This document shows positions 12,382-24,171 of a DNA stretch of 64,000 nucleotides, one piece after another; the first letter of the stretch is position 1, and each line of letters starts with the position of its first letter. Source of the DNA: Marsupella aquatica. Lineage: Eukaryota; Plantae; Marchantiophyta. The notes beneath the pieces are model-generated. The model did no database searches, had not been told where the DNA came from, and saw nothing but the letters and a program-made list of their open reading frames with translations. Location of the stretch: positions 13,608,330 to 13,672,329 of the forward strand of contig OZ316898.1 in NCBI GenBank assembly GCA_973895155.1, given 5' to 3'. A program made the position numbers and the translations under genes.

Positions 12382-14296
12382 GGAGGACGCAACAGCGGCT
12401 GGGGTGTATGTAGGTCGCTCGTGGACCCCTTCGTGGAATTGTTGTAGATGGAGAGTATACGACTTCCAATTTTCTGCTCTACCATTTGCCAAGCTCTGTT
12501 ACCGGTTCCTCTAGGATGTGCTAAGAGTGTGTGATGGGCTGATTGAACAAGTCACTGGAAGACCAACAGATGGTGCTTTCAATTGATGCGGCTCAAAGCG
12601 AGGATGTTTTCACAGGATAGATTTGAAGCAGTTAAGATACAGAATCTTTGCATAGATCAGTGAGTTTCTGGCTACGAGGTCTTATCATCAATAGGTGATT
12701 GTTTTACGCTATTTGCTTCAATGTTCAAAGCGTATCATAAATTTGCGTTTTCATCAATAATCTGGTCGTGAGAGTTGAAGCGGTCTGGTAAAGGAAAGGT
12801 CATCAATAAAAATAATGCAAAGTTTCGAAAATTTGAACCCAAATCAGGCACAAGACTCTCGCGCTTATTGATTTGAGAGAGAATGAATCGATTTGGCTGC
12901 TGGTCTCAGATTAAAATCCGGGACCGCTCATTGCATTGTTGTGGGCCCTGTTCTCCCTGATAATCGATCCCTCGAAACGATTTCTTCAGGTGAATCACAC
13001 GCATTGCATAATGTACCGCCTCCAGAGTAGTCAAGTAAGAACACATCAATGAATACATCAATGAATACAGGTCGCCAATGCTTGATTCTTATTTACGCCA
13101 CCTGTAATATGCATCTATCTATCTAGGTGCCAGTTCTCTCAAAAGCGTGGACAGTGTTGTCAGTTGACTTGCCATCCCAGCACGTATAAGAGTTATAAGA
13201 GGCTTCTTCGTGAAGCTGCAAAATTGTGTCACCCGGAAGACCAACTGGGGGATTATCCCTACGAACCTTCACTGAAACACCGGTAACGGCTCCTTCCTCC
13301 AACTCAGGTGACTCGGTTAAAACCATCTCATTTCCTTGGTGCAAATTTCCAGGGGTTTGGGAGACTCTAATTAAATCTTGCAGTGAAGCATCTGATGATG
13401 ATCTCGCTGATTGGACTCTGCTCCTTATCAAGGAAGTGTTCGGAATTTAAATTCGAATGTTAGATATATGCGGTGTGATTGTTGGCATTAGACAATGTGA
13501 AATGCATTAGACAATCACTCGGGATTCTTGCTAGTGCAGTGAAGTTGATAAACTTTTTACATTGCCAGATGGGATGGAGCTTGACATGAAGAATATCACA
13601 CATTGGCCAGCCATGAAAGAATAATCAATAATGTTCCAGCAGCTAACCTCATGGTTCTACCATGGCGTACAGGAAGAAGCTGTTGTTCCAAAGACTGCCC
13701 AACTTTGACTAACACACTCGAGAAGAACATGCTTAACTTTCACATGCCTTTCTGGGGCTGCTGCCCTGGTACAGCACCAAACACAGGCGAATAGGAGGCC
13801 ACGCTGTGCTGCAAAAGAATAAAATAATCGAGTTGGCGGTCAACAGAAACTATAAAATTGTCCAACCTCCACTCCAAAAGAATCAAATAATTGCCGTCAA
13901 CTGCGACCATAAATCTGGCCAAATTCCAGATTTCTGGAGTAGCTGATCTGCCTCGCTGGGTCCTTCAGCTTGCCAAGGAGGCAACATGGACCAATCTGTG
14001 TCCCCGACCCTTGTGAACACTGATGCAACTTACAACCTCTGAGCAGAACATTCGTCGTTTGAGCTTGAGCTCAAAATCTGTTCTCATCTGCAGAAACCGA
14101 ACTCTTCCTTTCACACATACTTATCACTGGAGTCCTAGATTCTACTTCAGTTTTGGTTGCATCCTGTTTCTCCAATTTCCGAAAGTCGTTTGCCGTCCCT
14201 TACTATTCCAATTCGTCCATTCTGGTCTTGTGAATGAGATGGGCTACATATTGCTGTCCTCAAAGTTGACATATGCCGCATTGCTTCTACCAAGTC

Positions 14297-16126
14297 TTAC
14301 AGGTTCCATACTCTTAAGCATGAGTCATCACCTCCTGTGACTAGAGTGGTATTATTGACAAACGCCACAGCAGTAACACCTCCGAGATGAGCATTTTTAA
14401 TTACAGTGCGAGTTGAAGCTGCTTTTGTCACATCATACACATAAACACTGGGGTCCACGGAGCCTGTAGCCACATTCAGGCTGTCCGGAGACCAAGCTAA
14501 AGTGGTAATACGGGCGGTATGATACAACATATTCTTTACTTTCACCTGCCAATTGCCAGAATCTTCGCTCCAAACAATAGCCTCCCTATTTTGATCTCCA
14601 GATGCGATCATTGAGCCATCTGGTGAGAAACGGACCATAGTAATAGGACCCCGATGCTTCTCCAGCACTGTCTCCTCAGTAAGAATGTCACCGTCGATGG
14701 AATACACGTATAGTTTTCCATTTTGACCGCCTGCTACTACTGCGCGACCATCTGGAGCGACAGCACCAGCCGTCGCAATATATGCTACAGCTGTCCTTGA
14801 GAGTAATTTCGATCCTTGAAGGAGGACAAGTTCAGACTCAAGAGTCACCAAGGCCAACTCTCCCTTTGAAGCTGAGATGACATCAAGGTCCTTAATCTGT
14901 GCTCCTAAGTCAACAGAGGCTTTGTCCAGCAAAGTGTCCCCATGTAGAGATGCAGTCCATAGCGTGTTATCAAGCCCTGAAACATAAATTTTGGAGCCCG
15001 CCATCACTGTTTTCTTGACACTGGTCATGAAGTCTCCAACCGCTACCTTGCCCACATAACCGCTGCCGAGTGCCCACCTGATGACCACGGAATCATAACT
15101 GCTTGAAACAATCTCTGTTTTGTCTCCATCTCTGGCGATTGTAATAGATGTAATACTCTTCAAGTGTCCTGAGACAATGCTTAATGGTCGACTTGGATCT
15201 GCAAGAGATAAGTATGTTATGTCCCCTCCAAGTGAAACAGTGATGAGATACTCTCCGAGCCATAGGCATCCAACTTGCATGTCCATCACTCCACTACCAA
15301 ATGAAAATGTTGTGCTTACAGTTCCCGCTCCATCTTCAGCGATTTCCCATACTTTTGCAGTCTTGTCTGCCGACACAGTGAGTATCCTCTTGCTATCAGG
15401 ACTCCAGCTAGCTGCATAGATGCTTCCAGTGTGCCCATTCTGTCCAGACAACTCTCCTAACTTTTCCCCTGTCCGGCCTTCAAATATGACACCCTTCTTG
15501 TCCGACCCCAGAGTGATGAATTTGGTCCCATCCGGAGAGTACCGGACACAATTGACAAAGTTTGAATGCTCCCTGTGAGATGTCTTGAAACGAAATGGTG
15601 GCCCTGTGTAAAAGTTAACCAGAAAGTCTTCTCCACCACTAACAACGGCAAATGGTCTGGTTGGTTTAAATGCAGCGCTCAACACTCTTTTCGAATGGCC
15701 AATAAATTCGCCCACATTGGATCCAGAATCCCACATGAAAGCTCGGAGGAATGTCGTTCCCTTGGCATCACCGCAGACAAGAATACGCTGCCCATCAAAG
15801 GACCAATCCAAATCATCCACCCTGCCCGAGAGTGCCTTGATCTCGAATTTCAAAGGGTGCTCCGGCCCCCTCCCCCAAATCCTCACGGTTCCAGACACAT
15901 CCCCTGACGCCACCCATTCTCCATTAGGAGAGAACCGCGCGACTGTCACATTGTAACTATGCTCTCCATACACATCAACCTCCAGAGGATTGGCCAGGTT
16001 CCTCAGAATTACAGATCTGCCATTCGCGTGCGCGATCCACTCCCTCTTCACGTCTCCTGCGATGAGAATTCCACTCCCTCTCACCGTCAACGGCGCACTT
16101 GCGAACGTCTCCCGCAGCTGGGCCAT
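14297..16126 (-). CDS. AIP1: Actin-interacting protein 1 (AIP1/WDR1, WD40 double beta-propeller), intronless CDS
   Basis: 609 aa; YGEH..VTVARFSPNGEWVASGDVSGTVRIW, FMWDSGSNVGEF.GHSKRVLS.AFKPTRPF, GPPFRF, NMLYHTARIT.LAWSPDS. Confidence 0.95.
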   Translation of the reverse strand: MAQLRETFASAPLTVRGSGILIAGDVKREWIAHANGRSVILRNLANPLEVDVYGEHSYNVTVARFSPNGEWVASGDVSGTVRIWGRGPEHPLKFEIKALSGRVDDLDWSFDGQRILVCGDAKGTTFLRAFMWDSGSNVGEFIGHSKRVLSAAFKPTRPFAVVSGGEDFLVNFYTGPPFRFKTSHREHSNFVNCVRYSPDGTKFITLGSDKKGVIFEGRTGEKLGELSGQNGHTGSIYAASWSPDSKRILTVSADKTAKVWEIAEDGAGTVSTTFSFGSGVMDMQVGCLWLGEYLITVSLGGDITYLSLADPSRPLSIVSGHLKSITSITIARDGDKTEIVSSSYDSVVIRWALGSGYVGKVAVGDFMTSVKKTVMAGSKIYVSGLDNTLWTASLHGDTLLDKASVDLGAQIKDLDVISASKGELALVTLESELVLLQGSKLLSRTAVAYIATAGAVAPDGRAVVAGGQNGKLYVYSIDGDILTEETVLEKHRGPITMVRFSPDGSMIASGDQNREAIVWSEDSGNWQVKVKNMLYHTARITTLAWSPDSLNVATGSVDPSVYVYDVTKAASTRTVIKNAHLGGVTAVAFVNNTTLVTGGDDSCLRVWNL

Positions 16127-16736
16127 CCCCTCTCGTTACCGGGGAGGGGGGCGCGGTGCTCAAGAATCACCAATTCCACCACAGATCTCAAGAAAACCTC
16201 CTCCAACTCGAACCAAACCTGCCAAAATCCTGCCCTAGGTCGATTCCCCAGAAAACACAGCACACAAATCGCTACCGACGATTACAACTTCTCGTCCAGC
16301 GCAATGGAGATCGTTCCTCGACGCCCACACCTGAAATCCTCGCTTGCAGCAGCCCTCGGTGCTCCACAATGAATCGGTGCTCCACAATGAAAGCACACTG
16401 AATCAATCAACTCAAATGCCAGCCTCTCGTAAGACCCAGCTTCGATTCGAGGCCAGGAGCACTACCCACCCACACAGATGAGCCGCACGGCACGACCTCT
16501 TCCAGGCCGACGACTGAGCTGGACTGAGTCTGTCGCTCCCTTTCAGACACGCGCTGTGGCGTAACTAATAAACAGAACATGCTATGACAGAAAACTTAGG
16601 CATTAGAGTTTTCCGCGTAAACTCTAGGGGTGAATACTGCACACTAAAAAGCACGTTTTAGGCCAAAAGGTCAGGTAAAGTATGACAAAAGTCTCAAACC
16701 TCACCGTGAGATGGAGCTGCACCCAGCAAGCAACTG

Positions 16737-16894
16737 AGTCGCGTGTAACAGCCCTCGTGCGCGTTGAGACAAGAGGCTGGGAGTGTGTAATGTAAACGAG
16801 TAAGGACAGGCATATAGTCGCGTGTAACAGCCCTCGTGCGCGTTGAGACAAGAGGCTGGGAGTGTGTAATGTAAACGAGTAAGGACAGGCATAT
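16737..16894. repeat. Perfect 79-bp tandem duplication upstream of AIP1
   Basis: 16737-16815 = 16816-16894 (AGTCGCGTGTAACAGCCC...GGACAGGCATAT). Confidence 0.9.
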
Positions 16895-17199
16895 GGTCCA
16901 CTTTACAAGGTACTAGCCCCAACTACCTGTTCTTGAACATGAATAGAGGGGGGACAATAAGAATATCACCAAAATATATAAGTTACTCATCATTTTAATA
17001 ATCATTCATAACAAAACATATTCTTTTCTATATGCACATGTCTCTTTCTATACACATATGTTATGGTGAGGCATAGAACCCATTTTTTAATACAGATATA
17101 AATCATGACAAAAAACATGCATGATTATTATTTGACATATATCATAGTCATAAGTTTTTTCATTGACATGATGAGTCGTGGAGTTACAGTTTGGATGTT

Positions 17200-17850
17200 T
17201 CAAACTAGAAGCCTAGGTCACAACTCTAGCTTATAGTTGGCGTTTTATAAATAAGATAGGGTGACAACATGTTAAACCAAGTATGCAAAGAGAAATACAA
17301 GAGACCATACACTAGTAAAGGATACAATATGCATTTGATTATATTTTTAGGTCATGTGCTCACTTATGATTGGACCTGACATTTATTATGTGTTGCTATG
17401 CTGCTCAGTTTTGCATTGAGCATACGCAGGGAGGAGACCATGTAGTCGTAAAGAATACCATTTGCATTTGATCATACAAGCTGAAAGCCACCCATACTTT
17501 GAATATTAATATTAGGAATGATGATTCATCTTTCTTTTCAACTACAAATTTTGGTGGGACCCTAAATCACTGTCTATAGGTTTCACTCTAGAAGCCAAGG
17601 CCCCAACTCTAATTTCTATTTGCAATTTATTTTAAAATTTTCAGGTCATGTGTTCACTTATGATTGGAACTGACATTAGTTATGTGTGTTGCTATGCTGC
17701 TCAGTTTTGCATTGAGCCTATGCGGGGAGGAGATAGTAACAGGTACCATATGCATTTGATTATACTTTCAGGTCCCATGTTCACCTATGATTGTACTGAC
17801 ATATGTTGTGTTTGCCATGCTGCTCAGTTTTGCATTGAGACCATGTAACT
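17200..17850. repeat. Degenerate direct repeats (3 copies)
   Basis: AGGTCATGTG.TCAC.TATGATTG..CTGACAT...ATGCTGCTCAGTTTTGCATTGAG at ~17349, 17643 and 17770. Confidence 0.75.
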
Positions 17851-18934
17851 TAGAATGAGAAGTTAAAACCTACACTTGAAAATGAATAACAGGACAAGGA
17901 CCATAAAAAATGAACCCATGACCTTAAAGTACTGTGTACAAGACATTGTGAGAGATAAGTCCCTGATAACTTAAGCTCAATTTTAGAGGGGTTATTATTG
18001 AACATTATAATATCATATCTGGCCAAAGAGTTCTTTCTTCCATTTAAAAATGAGACCAAGCGGCAGTCAATCCTGGCCCCTCATCATAATCTGACATTTT
18101 TAGCATCAGCAAATCTTCAGTCAGATTCTCACATCTCAAATGTCTGCAATGTTTGTATAAGCTGCAATTATATCCCAAAATGTCCCAATAAACCTGTGAT
18201 ACTTTTCTTTGTATTTGTAATGTCCCAATAAGCTGTCAAATAAGCCTGTCCAAATGAAAGTCTTGACTTAACTTTGTTTTGGAAAATATTGAAAACTAAA
18301 ATTCAGAATTTTTAAAAACTCAGAATGTGTACAAACTTGAAATATTTATTCATTCATTAAATATTGAAAATTAAAACTAAAAAAATATTCTCCTATTGCA
18401 CGGCCATGCTTAGACTCTGTGATGCGCTGGCCACCATCACCCATCTAGTGTCTCTGTGCTCTAACCCTGTCCTCTTGTGTCTCTGTACTCTAACTACTGT
18501 CCTCCACTATGACAACATTCTTACAACAACACTACAATAACAACAATGACCAAAATGATGACATTTCTGCTACAACAACAACCCAGCCAAAATGGCAAGA
18601 CTTCCATACACACAGACAATGATAAACAGTCCAGTGGTTTTATACTATGGTAGTATCACAAAATCTGATATTTTCTGTGCCAAGGAAAGACTGGGATTGA
18701 GATCCATTGAAAACAATAAAATTGGTGGCTTGAGATCCATGAAACTACATTAATAAAGCAACTAATTGAGCAAGATGAACAGGCGGGGAAGTAGGGTCAG
18801 CTTACAACCAATTAGGAGTGATTTGATAGGGTCACCCATTGTTAGTTCTCTAAGACTTCATTTCTCTACTAACAGAAAACTTTGACATTTTGACCATATC
18901 TGTAAGGGACAGGCATGAGGTGTGTGGGTGTAAG

Positions 18935-19101
18935 AACCCCTTCCTATTCATGCTGGGTTTAGGATTTATGGGACTGGTATTTGGGTTAGTTGGAGTTTGG
19001 GTACAATCACCACTTCCTATGTATGGCACTGGTATTTGGGTTAGTTGGAGTTTGGGTACAAGGAACCCTTCCTATGCACGCTCAGTGGTATTTGGGTTAG
19101 T
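18935..19101. repeat. ~56-bp minisatellite (about 3 units)
   Basis: CTGGTATTTGGGTTAGTTGGAGTTTGGGTACAA at 18974 and 19029; partial third copy at ~19086. Confidence 0.75.
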
Positions 19102-19268
19102 ATGTAGACAAAGCAGACTCCTTTAGGTTTAGGCCCTGAACTTCTAGAATCGAAGGATGCGTCTCAGGTGTGCTGAAAACACATTAGTATCATCGAAGAC
19201 GGGGAAGGTAAAGCAAATGCTACCAAAACACAAAACATGTAAAGTAGTGTTTCTAGGTTCCAGCATTC

Positions 19269-19307
19269 TTAGGGTTTAGCAGATTAGGGTTTAGCAGATT
19301 AGGGTTC
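19269..19307 (+). promoter_or_regulatory. Triple telo-box array upstream of PHIP1
   Basis: TTAGGGTTTAGCAGA-TTAGGGTTTAGCAGA-TTAGGGTT (15-bp period). Confidence 0.6.
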
Positions 19308-19561
19308 AACAAGTCAGTTCTAAAACCCTCACTCCCCTGCAATTGAGGCAGAGTCACAATTCTGTCGAGTCGCTTTGACGAAGCACAAATGCTTCAGCCA
19401 CGAGCAAAACGATGGAGTCGACGATCAGTGTGAAGACATGCACTCCGTGAAGAGTACAGCAGTCACTTCTTTTCTCTTCTAGAGAGGGAAATCAGACGTC
19501 ACGCTGTCTGGTGTTTCTTCTTGAGGGTTTTGGAATATCGTGGGTTAGGGATTTCGAAGCA

Positions 19562-22371
19562 ATGGTGCTTTCGAAATCCAAACTGAAGCGGAAGCGGAAG
19601 GAGGAAACTGTTGGACTGGAGTCGTCCGGCGGTGTCCTTCCTGAGCCGCTCTCGTCGTCTCCAGCCGCTCCTGACGTTGCCAGAGAGGGAAAGAAGAAGA
19701 AAAGCAAGAAGCAGAAGACGAACGATGTCGCTGACGGAAATGTCCGTGTCGATGAATCTGCGAAGGAAGCACTGGTCCCGAAAGAGGAGATCGAGGGGAA
19801 GGACGATAAGAAAGCACTGAAAAGGGAGAAGAAGGAGGAGAAGAAACGAAGAAAAGCAGCTGAGAGGGAGGCCGCCTCGCTAAATCTTCCGTCCGCCGCG
19901 AAAGAGAATGGTGTCAATGCGGTCGAAAATAGAGCTGATGAGGCAGCCAGCAATGGTGAGGAGAAGGCCGAGCAGCCAGTGGGCGAGAACGGTACACACG
20001 GTGCAGGTTCTGAAAGGCCTTTGTCCGTGCGAGAGAAGAAAGGAAAGAAAAATAAGGGTGCGAAAGACCGCTGGGGGGTGAAGGTTGCACAGGAGGACCG
20101 CATGAACGAGGAACCCGTTCACACTGAGACAGTGAGGGAAGCTCCATCGACGAGGTATGTCCCTAACATCCCTTCCAGCTGCCACCCCTAAAGCTCCTTA
20201 TCCTTTAGAACCGCGAATTGAACTTGATGACTTAGTTGCTTTTGCACTGGAATCGTTCTCGAAATTCTTTGATGACCGAAGGGTGGCGATTTGTGGGGTG
20301 CAACAGTACTTTGGTCTCGGGACAGGAGATGTATGACCTCAGGAAGGTGGTTGTCGGAGGGATGCCTTACTACTCCTCGGAGGATGATATTCACGAGTAC
20401 TTCTCAGAATGTGGGGAGATATCCGAACTAGATTGTATGACGTTTCCGGACACGGGAAAGTTTCGTGGTATCGCGTTCATCACATTTAAGGTGAACTCTC
20501 GGACAACTTTTTCTTCTCCTTCAGCATCACTAGTGGCATTCCAGGGTTTAGGGTTTATGGGGTTTGGGAGGTTTTTTTTTGGCCCCCTCTCTTTGTTCCG
20601 GAACGTCCTTGCACGAACGAGGGCTGAGTACGTGTTTTGGCGAGGGATTTTAGGATTCTCGACTTTGTTAGAGATGTTGGCATTTACGTAATTTTCTCAC
20701 TGTAGCTTGGAAGTCCTGTTTTGCAACTTACTCCTGTACTCCCTAGGCAGGAAATTCGTACAATTTTCCTTGAAATTGAAATAGTGTGGTTACTCTTGGG
20801 AGGTGCCACTCTTCACACCACGTAACATGAAAACATGTGGTTTGTTGCCCAATTTCGACGATCTCTTCTCCTCCTCATCTGCATGAACATACTTGCGGTG
20901 TTTTGTGGAGTCTACGTGAGAGGTATTGGTGCCATGATGTGAATCATTTGATAGGAAGACCTGAAGCATCCGAGCTCGTGCTGTCAATACAACATTTTAC
21001 TGATGCACCTGATAAGGTCAGAGAGCGTGAGCGTTTAGGGCGTGAGCGTGCCCATATGAAGAGGTTTTGTGCGATGATGTATCATTTTGATAGGAAGACC
21101 TGAAGCTTTGCTGACATGGCAAGGCCTATGCTGTCAACGTATAATGGTTCTGATGCACAAAACATTCGGATATTTGCTTTTTGAAAAAACGAGTAGGTAG
21201 AGCTGCAGCACTCTTAATTGGTGCTAAAGCAGTAAGTTCAGCCTGCCGTTTCATGATTTTTCTGTGCTTATTGAACGTCGGTGAGCTAGTCTGGAAAATT
21301 GTGGTGTTAGGTCAGTAGATCCTGAAGTACTATGTTGGGAGTGGTCTATTATACCATAACGAGAGACCCTAACCCAGGGATCACTACTCATTTGGCTACA
21401 TTGGGCCGACTGTTCTGTAACATTGACCATTTTGTTCTATTCATTCGAAGAGGAATCAGCTCAGAGTGAAGACCATATTGGGAATCTATGGGAAGGGAGA
21501 GGACTCGCATAGTTTGTAACGATATATTTGTTAACTTCCTGTCAAATCCTTTTGGAGGGAGTCATCTGCATCTCTGATAGTTAGAAGTGCTCGTTTCACA
21601 CTCTGAATTTGTGGGAATTGCAGACTGAGGAAGGTGCAGCCAAGGCCCTGGAGTACGATGGTGAAGACATGTATGTACTTTTGAGTTACCGTAATTGTCA
21701 ATAACTATACTTGGAGTGGAAATGTACGTAAAGAATCGCCTTACGGTTGTGTCCTTTTGTTCCTAGTGTGCATCTTGTTTAACCTCTGAAGGCGTGGTGT
21801 AATATTTTACAGGGGGGGCCGTTTCTTGAAGATTGAGAAGTGCAAAATAAAGCCTGGAGCTGCTGCGAAGGATCCAGACCGGGGAGAGGTACAAAAGACT
21901 CTCGGGTCTACCTCCGCATACATAGGAAATCTGTCATGGGATGTCACGGAGGACCTCATCAAGAATTTCTTCAAGAAGACTTACAGCAATAGCAAGATCG
22001 ATTCTATTCGGCTTGCGTTTGACAAAGACTCGGGAGATTTTAAGGGTTATGGACACGTGGATTTTGGAGATGACGAGTCTCTAGAGGCCGCCGTCAAGTT
22101 GAACCAAACTCCATTACTGGGGAGGCCGATGAAGGTTGCATATTCTGTGCCGCCCAAACGAAGTCCAGTGGATGGGGACAATGGAAAATTGGACTCCAGA
22201 TCAGCAGGAACCTGCTATAATTGTGGCGAGGAAGGGCATAAGGCTTTCCTCTGTCCTAAGAAGGGTATCAACGCAAATGACAACTTTGACACCAAAAAGG
22301 TAGCAGCCTGTTATAGCTGTGGGGAAGAAGGGCATAAGTCCTTCCTTTGTACGAAAAAGAAGTCTAAATAA
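19562..22371 (+). CDS. PHIP1: PHIP1-like protein: Lys-rich N-terminus, 2 RRMs, 2 CCHC zinc knuckles; exons 19562-20154, 20307-20490, 21624-21670, 21813-22371
   Basis: Start MVLSKSKLK; RNP motifs VVVGGMPY / FRGIAFITF and YIGNLSW / FKGYGHVDF; CYNCGEEGHKAFLC and CYSCGEEGHKSFLC; GT-AG junctions in phase. Symbol from remembered domain architecture of Arabidopsis PHIP1. Confidence 0.85.
20928..21009 (+). ncRNA. Intronic box C/D snoRNA, copy 1 (snoR64/Z200-like)
   Basis: Terminal stem GGTGC/GCACC; C box ATGATGT 20934-20940; D' CTGA 20961-20964; C'-like GTGCTGT; D CTGA 21000-21003. Guide TGATAGGAAGA is complementary to 25S rRNA UCUUCCUAUCA. Confidence 0.85.
21065..21162 (+). ncRNA. Intronic box C/D snoRNA, copy 2 (snoR64/Z200-like)
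   Basis: 8-bp terminal stem TTTTGTGC/GCACAAAA; C box 21074-21080; D' 21100-21103; C'-like ATGCTGT; D 21150-21153; same guide as copy 1. Confidence 0.87.
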
Positions 22372-22500
22372 AGATCTTGTGTTCGTCTATTTGTGACTCG
22401 GCTCATCGTTCTCACTTTCGAACTTCTTTGTACGAAAAGGAAGTTACACAAGAACCCTGCGTTCGTCTATTTGTGACTCGGCTCATAGTTCTCTCACTTT
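22343..22500 (+). repeat. ~82-bp tandem duplication spanning the PHIP1 stop codon and 3'UTR
   Basis: CTTTGTACGAAAA.GAAGT...GTTCGTCTATTTGTGACTCGGCTCAT occurs twice. Confidence 0.75.
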
Positions 22501-23109
22501 TGACACCCTATGTTGCAATCGGCTTTACACGCAAACTTCGGAATTTAACGACGGACTGTGACAGAGAACGAACCATAAGTTTGGGACGTGTACGAATTCA
22601 GTGTCAAAGGCACCACATGGAATCACCTCTAAAATATTGGAAGTTTTGACGTGCACGTTCATTTATACTGTTTGGTTCCCTCGGGGGAAATCATGTGTTT
22701 CAATATGCCTGTATTGGTGTTGAAGCCCCACACAAACTCTATAATTGTAAAACAGAAGAACTTCGATGAAGATTCAGTCGATTGTACCTTTGAAACCTAA
22801 AGAGGTTTCCAGAACTTTGTAGCTACCATAGGTATCAAGGGCTTCCGATCTTATATAAGATCGTCTATCAATTTGGTCCAATCAATATAATTATGATGAG
22901 ACAATTGGCAGGTACAATTCTTATTATGGTACAGATTTCAGTGCCGATCGAATTATCAGGAACCAAGGTCGGATCCAATCAACAGTCAATTTAGTAGGGG
23001 CGGGCAGCGAACGGTGAAAAGCAGCTCGGACCAGTACTGTAGCTGGGCAGGGAGAGATAAAATTAGCGTGCTGTGTGTGGAAGATAATGAGGCTGCAGTC
23101 AATAGATAT

Positions 23110-24170
23110 CGCCATTCCTACTCAATGTTGGAGTCATTGACCAACACAAAGCTAAATCAAACTTTGAGCATGAAGTTGTCTTCTGTAAACTGACCAGATG
23201 TCCTCAATATAGTGATTAGACAGTAGATTACGAAAGTTCTTGAGTAAGGGTATAGAATGTACATCCTGATAAACCTGCGGCATGAAGGAGCCTGAACCTA
23301 AACCTTCACTACTTCCTTATCATTTAATATCTGGAAGTAATGAGCAGCCAAAAGATAAAACAGATGCAGCTTTCAGCATGAAGAATCCTTTGTAAAATGA
23401 TCAGATATTCATCATACAGAGATAAAAAGCATTAGAGACATGTTTCTCAAGAACTATGATACATAGAAAGCGCCTCTTGATCACAAAACTGGGGCTTGCG
23501 GAGTCTGAAGTGAGTCACGTTTAAAAATTTCAATGACAAGTCAATATCTAGGATCAATGACGAGCACATGGTGATCAGATCGAGGTTTGCGCACGAAGAA
23601 ATCCTTCGTACAATGGTGAGTACATTAGAGAATTTATGTCAGGAACTATGATGCATAGAAAGTGCATCCGGATCACAGAACTGGGGCTTGAGGAGTCTGA
23701 AATGTGTAATCTTTAGATATTTTTATGACAAATCAATATCTGGAATCAATGACGAACGCCAAGCTAACAAGTTCAAGCTTTGAGAAAGAAGAATTCCTTT
23801 GGAAAAAAAGACCAGATATCCTTTATACAATGATGAGTACAACAGAGACATTTATGTCAAGAACTATGATGCATAGAAAGCGCATCCTGATCACCAACTG
23901 GGGCTTGAGGAGCCTTAAGTGTGTGATCTTCAGACATTTTAATGACAACTCAATATCTGGAATCAATAACGAACGCAAAGCTAACCAGTCCAAACTTTGA
24001 GGGAGAACAATTCCTTTGGAAAATAAGCAGATCTTCTTTACACAATGATGAGAACAATAATATTGGCAGATCTCCTTTACACAAAGATGAGAACAATAAT
24101 ACTGGCATTCTTTTCAAGAAGTTGTTGGATAGAAAGCGCGTCCTGATCACAGAACTGGGGCTTGCAGCGT
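23110..24170. repeat. Degenerate ~200-260-bp tandem array (about 5 units) directly 3' of the minus-strand unknown gene
   Basis: ATAGAAAG.GC.TCC.GATCAC..AACTGGGGCTTG at ~23463, 23655, 23873, 24129, with a weaker copy at ~23252. Confidence 0.85.
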
Positions 24171-24171
24171 C

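Noticed and set aside
23829-23890. ATGATGA...CTGA motifs in the 23-24-kb repeats as C/D snoRNAs
   Set aside because: No terminal stems, boxes not conserved among units, no rRNA complementarity recognised.
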